DNA of 64,000 nucleotides. Source: an uncultured archaeon. Lineage in GTDB: Archaea; Asgardarchaeota; Lokiarchaeia; Sigyniarchaeales; SOKP01. The stretch covers positions 1 to 64,000 of the forward strand of contig CAZBPC010000005.1 in the NCBI GenBank assembly GCA_964493715.1, written 5' to 3'. This document shows, piece after piece, positions 58,711 through 64,000 of the stretch (positions are counted from its first letter, which is position 1; each line of letters starts with the position of its first letter). The notes below the pieces were generated by a model, which was not told the DNA's origin, did no database searches, and saw only the letters and a program-made list of their open reading frames with translations. The translations under genes and the position numbers were made by a program.

Positions 58711-60567
58711 TTAATGTACTGTCACAGTCTTAGACAGATTTAAAGGTTTGTCAGGATCAAGTCCGTGATACAATGCAGCATAATAAGAAAGAAGTTGTAG
58801 TGCAGGTGTAAAGGTGATTGGACTAAAAATGTTGTAGTATTTATTATCAGGTTGAGGTATTCTTATAGTGATATCACTCAGATCTGTGATCTGTTTATCA
58901 TTTTCTACCACTACTGATATAATCTTACCCCCTCTTGCCTTAAATTCCATAACATTCCCTACCAATCGTGAATAAGTTTCATCAGGTGGAGCAATAAATA
59001 TAATAGGGAATCCTTCTCTTACCAAGGAGATAGGTCCATGTTTCGCATGAGCTGCTGAATATCCTTCAATAAACCGACAAGCTACCTCCTTTAGTTTTAG
59101 ACCGCCTTCTTTAGCAGTGGCTATCGAAATTCCTCGCGCTAAATAGAAGAAACTTTGACTTTTTTCTAAGCTATTTACGATTTCTTTAATATGTTCTATA
59201 TTTGTATCAAGGAAAGTCTCAATTATATTCGGTGTAGTTTCGAGTGCAGCATAATATTTTTCGAGTTCTAAATCAGGGAATATTTTTCGTAATTTGGCGA
59301 TCTCTAATGCAATTAGAGCAAGGGATAATACTTGAGTGCAGTATGTTTTGGTGGCCGCAACACCTATTTCAGGTCCAGCTTGAGTTATAATCACTTGATC
59401 TGAATAACGTGTTATAGAAGATCCCACTACGTTAGTAATTGCAATAACAGTTACTTTTTTTCCTAATTTATCCTTAGCCCAACGAATTGCTTCAATAGTA
59501 TCCACCGTTTCACCTGACTGCGAAAGAACAATAATCACTGTTCCTTCTTGGAGAGAATTCCCTAATTCTGTTTGAAATTCAGAACATTCAATGGCTTGGA
59601 TGTATTTATCAAGAAAATGTGTTATAATGTGTTTTCCAGCTAAAGCTGCATAAAATGAAGTCCCAGCTGCAGTTATAAAAATATTTTTAGCACTCCATAA
59701 TATTTGAGCAAAGTTTTTGAGTAATTCTTTTGAAATTTTCAGTGTATTTCTCAAAGCTTTTGGTTCTTCATAAATTTCTTTTAGCATGAAGTGAGCAAAC
59801 CCTCCTTTTTCTGCAGCATCAATACTCCATTCTATAGTTTGTACTTCTTTTAATAAGGGTACATCAATATTGTTTAAATCAAAGAATTCCACAGTTCCAG
59901 GTCTTAAAATAGCCATTTGATCATCATCAAGGATATAGCATTGACGAGTATATGGTAAAAAAGCAGGAATGTCAGATGCACAATAAGTAGTTTTTCCTTC
60001 ATTAATCCCTATGACTAGTGGAGATTCTCTCCTAACTACAATGATTGTATCGGGATAATCGGCATGACATACAGCAATGCCAAAAGCACCTTTACACTTT
60101 TTTAGCGATTGTACAACTGCATTTTTGAAATCTAATCCTTTATCCATTAGTTCTTCGATCAAATGTGGGATAATCTCCGTATCAGTTTCGGATTTGAATA
60201 CATGATTTCGTGATTTTAATTCCTCTCGTAATTGTATAAAATTCTCAAGTATGCCATTATGAATTACAGCAATTTTATTTTTACAATCCAAGTGAGGATG
60301 GCTATTAATTTTTGTTGGTGGTCCATGTGTTGCCCATCTGGTATGAGCAAGAGCTAATTTTGAACCGCTTGGGAACTCATCAAGAACTATTTTTTTATGA
60401 ATCTCATCAATCTTCCCAGAATCTTTCTTAACTAGTAATTGAGAATCGTATTGGACAACAATACCACAAGAATCATATCCTCGATATTCCAATCTTCTAA
60501 TACCATCGAGAACAACTTTTCCAATAGAAATCTCTTGATTAGTGACTATCCCAAAAATTCCACACAT
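58711..60567 (-). CDS. glmS: Glutamine--fructose-6-phosphate transaminase
   Basis: MCGIFG, RLEYRGYDS, HTRWATHG, SQSGET, LKLKE, NLSKTVTV. Confidence 0.96.
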   Translation of the reverse strand: MCGIFGIVTNQEISIGKVVLDGIRRLEYRGYDSCGIVVQYDSQLLVKKDSGKIDEIHKKIVLDEFPSGSKLALAHTRWATHGPPTKINSHPHLDCKNKIAVIHNGILENFIQLREELKSRNHVFKSETDTEIIPHLIEELMDKGLDFKNAVVQSLKKCKGAFGIAVCHADYPDTIIVVRRESPLVIGINEGKTTYCASDIPAFLPYTRQCYILDDDQMAILRPGTVEFFDLNNIDVPLLKEVQTIEWSIDAAEKGGFAHFMLKEIYEEPKALRNTLKISKELLKNFAQILWSAKNIFITAAGTSFYAALAGKHIITHFLDKYIQAIECSEFQTELGNSLQEGTVIIVLSQSGETVDTIEAIRWAKDKLGKKVTVIAITNVVGSSITRYSDQVIITQAGPEIGVAATKTYCTQVLSLALIALEIAKLRKIFPDLELEKYYAALETTPNIIETFLDTNIEHIKEIVNSLEKSQSFFYLARGISIATAKEGGLKLKEVACRFIEGYSAAHAKHGPISLVREGFPIIFIAPPDETYSRLVGNVMEFKARGGKIISVVVENDKQITDLSDITIRIPQPDNKYYNIFSPITFTPALQLLSYYAALYHGLDPDKPLNLSKTVTVH

Positions 60568-60748
60568 ATAGACTCTCTACTTTCGTAATGTAATGTAATT
60601 ATATGAATAAATCTTTGAATAAGTTAAAAAATTATGTTATGTATTTTTAGATCAACTTGGTAATATCTTATTAAATTCATGTAATTTATTAAAGTATAGC
60701 TTATCGATTCATTTTACATTAAACCAAATTTCAAAGAGAGTTAACGCC

Positions 60749-61861
60749 TTGAAAGAAAAATACAATCCACCTAAAATAGGCGCACTAGGAAGTCAAACTG
60801 AAAAAGAAATCTTTGAAATTCCGGCTTGTTTGAAAAGAGCTACGGATCAAAAAAAATTGGTTAGCAAAATAAGCAAGTATATAGTCGAAAGAAATACTCA
60901 TCATATATATTTAATCGGAGCAGGCAGTTCATATCATGCTGGCTTTGCAATATCATACATGTTCAATCGGATAACAAAAATTCCTACATTTACGGAATAT
61001 AGCATGGAATTTCAGTATTTGATAAAACCAATTTTAAATAAAGAAGATTGTGTTATTGCCTTATCTCAAAGTGGAGAAACATTAGACACAATTGAATCTG
61101 TTAATATTGCTAAAGCTATTGGATGTTTAACCATTGGTATCACAAATGATATGAAAGCTACCCTCGCAAGTACGTGTGAGTATTGCATTTCATTGGAATG
61201 TGGTGTCGAAAATTCAGTATTAGCTACAAAAACTTATGTAACTGAACTTGCAATCCTATCAATGTTCTCATTGGAAATAGCTAAAGAAAAAAAATCTATT
61301 CCGAATTATGAATATAATGAAATTTGGATGGAGCTGGTTAGAATATCTGATAAATTGTATTCCTATTTACCCCAATTACATGAAAAAGTTAAAAATTACT
61401 CGCGTTATTTTAAATTTGCTGAATTTTGCTTTATATTGGGCAGTGGACCAGATTATGCAACAGCAATGGAAGCCGCATTAAAATTAAAAGAAGGAGCTAG
61501 AATATTTGGTCAAGCATATTCTACAGCAGAATTCCCCCATGGTCCCATAACACTTGCAGATCCAAAAACATGCATATTAGCTATTATACCACATGAAGAA
61601 GATAAAAGAAAACTAAATTTAATCAATTTACTCTCCCGCATTAAAGAACGAAACGCCACGATTTTTGGAATATATGAAGTAATGCAAAATGAAAAACAAC
61701 CCGATCCTATTGATTTTGGAATCCAAGTTCCAAATACAATAATGGACTTACAACCTCTAATTATTATTTTAGCAGTTCAATTATTAACTTTAGAAATTTC
61801 AAGGATGAATGGTATCAATTGTGATACACCTAAATTTCTCACTAAAATTTCAGGGATTTAA
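60749..61861 (+). CDS. Double-SIS sugar isomerase/deaminase (GlmS synthase domain without glutaminase)
   Basis: GAGSS, SQSGET, ATKTY, ALKLKE, HGP, PKFLTK. Confidence 0.85.
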   Translation: MKEKYNPPKIGALGSQTEKEIFEIPACLKRATDQKKLVSKISKYIVERNTHHIYLIGAGSSYHAGFAISYMFNRITKIPTFTEYSMEFQYLIKPILNKEDCVIALSQSGETLDTIESVNIAKAIGCLTIGITNDMKATLASTCEYCISLECGVENSVLATKTYVTELAILSMFSLEIAKEKKSIPNYEYNEIWMELVRISDKLYSYLPQLHEKVKNYSRYFKFAEFCFILGSGPDYATAMEAALKLKEGARIFGQAYSTAEFPHGPITLADPKTCILAIIPHEEDKRKLNLINLLSRIKERNATIFGIYEVMQNEKQPDPIDFGIQVPNTIMDLQPLIIILAVQLLTLEISRMNGINCDTPKFLTKISGI

Positions 61862-61877
61862 AGGATAATAAATTTGA

Positions 61878-63311
61878 TCATATTAAATTTAATTTACGCA
61901 TGTTTTCTTCCGCGTATTTATTAATTTTTATTGAGTCCTCCATATTTATATTTGATTCACCAGAGATTCTAAGATATGGGCTTGTGCCAGAACGTCTAAT
62001 TAAAATCCATCCATCTTGAAAATCAAATCTACATCCATCAAGTTTGTTAATTGATATAACCTTCTTTCCTAAAGAATCAAAAGTTTCTTTCATTAGAGTG
62101 ATAATTTTCTCATTAATTTCCTCCTTAAAAGGAATGTCCTTCTTTAATTTAAATTGATCCCGATAATACGGATAATCAGGAATATCAATCAATAACTCAT
62201 TTAAGGACTTTCCACTATTAACAACCATTTGCAATACTTTAGCTATTGTTACGATTGAATCTGGACCAAAATGAAAGTCAGGCCAGATATAAGTTCCTGA
62301 TGTTTCACCACCCAAAAAGCCTCCATTATCCTCTAATGCTATGGCAACTTTAATATCACCCACTTCAGTACGAATAATTTCGCATCCTAAAGGATGCAAT
62401 ACATCCTCAATTAAACTTGAAGAGTTAATTGGTGTAGCTATTTTTAACTTGTCTTTTGTGAGTGAATCTCGATGTTCTTGGATATAATATTTTGATAATA
62501 ACGCTAATAATCTAATTGGATCTACAATTTTACCAACTTCATCCAAAAAAATGACTCTGTCTGCATCCCCATCTAAAGCAATTCCAATATCTTTTTGTTC
62601 AGATGTTCTCAAAAAATTAGATATTTGCGCTAAATTTTTTTTGCTAGGTTCCGAATGACGTCCAGGAAAACGCCCATCCATATTAGCATTAAGAGTGACG
62701 ATATTTATATCATATTTTGTTAATAATTTAGGTACAATTTCACATCCTGCTCCATTTCCTGGATCAACTATTACATTTAATTGATCCCCATTGAATAAAA
62801 TCCGACTTGTCACATCTAAAATATGTGTATCGTTAACATCATTTACTTGGGTAACCTTACCGATATTATACCATTCAGTTTTTGCAAAATCCTTTTCATT
62901 AAATATCCGTTCAATTTCTTCTTCTTGATCTGGGGAATATCCTAATCCCGACGGATTCCACAACTTAAGACCTATATATTCAGGAGTATTATGACTAGCT
63001 GTTATCATTACACCAGCATCACCATTGAGATATTTTAAAGAGATGGCTAATGTGGGGGTGGTTACTATTCCTAGGGTAATTACTTTGCATCCTGTACTTA
63101 CTAATCCTGAAATTAAAGCATATTCTATTGGTAAAGCAGAAGTTCTAATATCTTTCCCGATGACAGCAATTCCTCCCTTCAAATAAGTTCCAAGCGCCAA
63201 CCCCACTTCTAATGCCATTTGAGGAGTGAACATAAGATCAGTTTCCGAATAATTTTTAAAAATACGTCTGATGCCCGAAGTCCCAAATATGTTTGATGTC
63301 ATATTTATCAT
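61878..63311 (-). CDS. glmM: Phosphoglucosamine mutase / phosphohexomutase
   Basis: FGTSGIR, TASHN, DGDADR, GGETSG, RRSGTSP; near glmS. Confidence 0.85.
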   Translation of the reverse strand: MINMTSNIFGTSGIRRIFKNYSETDLMFTPQMALEVGLALGTYLKGGIAVIGKDIRTSALPIEYALISGLVSTGCKVITLGIVTTPTLAISLKYLNGDAGVMITASHNTPEYIGLKLWNPSGLGYSPDQEEEIERIFNEKDFAKTEWYNIGKVTQVNDVNDTHILDVTSRILFNGDQLNVIVDPGNGAGCEIVPKLLTKYDINIVTLNANMDGRFPGRHSEPSKKNLAQISNFLRTSEQKDIGIALDGDADRVIFLDEVGKIVDPIRLLALLSKYYIQEHRDSLTKDKLKIATPINSSSLIEDVLHPLGCEIIRTEVGDIKVAIALEDNGGFLGGETSGTYIWPDFHFGPDSIVTIAKVLQMVVNSGKSLNELLIDIPDYPYYRDQFKLKKDIPFKEEINEKIITLMKETFDSLGKKVISINKLDGCRFDFQDGWILIRRSGTSPYLRISGESNINMEDSIKINKYAEENMRKLNLI

Positions 63312-63653
63312 CTTTCTCTTTCTAATCTATATAGATTCTTTTTTAATTTTAAATTTTATGAAGTAGTTTTTTCAAATTTTAAGTATCCATTATGGTTAAA
63401 ATTCAATTCTTTAGTATTATCGAAATCATTTTTTAAAATTTATTCAACCGAACTTTCCTATCATTTTTACCCCCACAAAACCCCTTTGCAAGGAAAAAAT
63501 CAAAAATAATGAAAACAAATTTTCATTTTACTTGATAAATACTGCTTTTAAATAATATATAAGAATAAAATATTAATTTCTTTTCATCTAAATAAAATAT
63601 AATAAGCTTGAGTTTTATGGTATAAATATAATTAAAATTTCACTTATGTATAA

Positions 63654-64000
63654 ATGATATTTCAAGGATTGTTTAATATTTTTAGTTTATATTTGGATCA
63701 TATTGATTCATTTTATAATAGGTTAGACCAATTTTTTGTTGAAAGTATAAATAGTTTCATTAAAAACACCAATGTTGATATAGATAATTTAGAGAATTTA
63801 GTTACTGAAGTTTTGGATCATATTACACCTGATTTACTAGAATTGGGATTTGAGCAAGAAGATATAGAAAATAGATTTTTAGATCTTTTCTCTGAAGGTA
63901 ATACTAATGATAATAATAAAAATTCTTTAATTCATGAAATTTATGATCTTAGATTGGCACCTATTATATATGAGATTTTTTTAGAAAAAGTTGCGGATTA
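63654..64000 (+). CDS. Partial hypothetical protein running off the window end (MIFQGLFNIFSLYLDHIDSFYNRLDQFF...)
   Basis: Frame read by hand from ATG at 63654 with no stop to the end of the window. Confidence 0.6.
   Translation, partial: MIFQGLFNIFSLYLDHIDSFYNRLDQFFVESINSFIKNTNVDIDNLENLVTEVLDHITPDLLELGFEQEDIENRFLDLFSEGNTNDNNKNSLIHEIYDLRLAPIIYEIFLEKVAD

Noticed and set aside
63312-63653. Long intergenic region with C-runs and a tiny hairpin near 63470-63495 considered as an ncRNA
   Set aside because: No extended GC-rich stem structure or tRNA/sRNA motifs; consistent with a divergent promoter region

Overview
AT-rich, gene-dense archaeal chromosomal segment. It most likely comes from an Asgard archaeon of the Lokiarchaeia type; this is inferred from RadA, CdhA, EndA and an A/V-type ATPase occurring alongside several eukaryote-like small GTPases and roadblock, longin-like, V4R and RING proteins. 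Main contents: (i) alpha-glucan and amino-sugar metabolism (GH57, two GH13, maltokinase-like, GalT-like, NDP-sugar pyrophosphorylase, a degenerate phosphomannomutase-like protein, glmS, an SIS-only protein, glmM); (ii) a 5-20 kb region enriched in eukaryotic-signature-like proteins; (iii) stand-alone cdhA and an mtrH-like gene; (iv) an A/V-type ATP synthase operon in the order K-C-H-F-E-A-B-D-I, followed by a Zn-ribbon membrane protein and a second subunit A whose conserved catalytic-site Arg is replaced by Pro; (v) a 2-hydroxyacyl-CoA dehydratase cluster with duplicated alpha-type subunits. No rRNA, tRNA, CRISPR array or mobile element was recognised. Best leads: the probable pseudo-catalytic second subunit A, a VWA-double-RING protein resembling TFIIH p44/Rpn10, a V4R plus longin-GTPase pair, at least three genes that appear to start at ATA/ATT/ATC, and several palindromic or repeated candidate operators. 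All family calls are by motif recognition; no searches were run.
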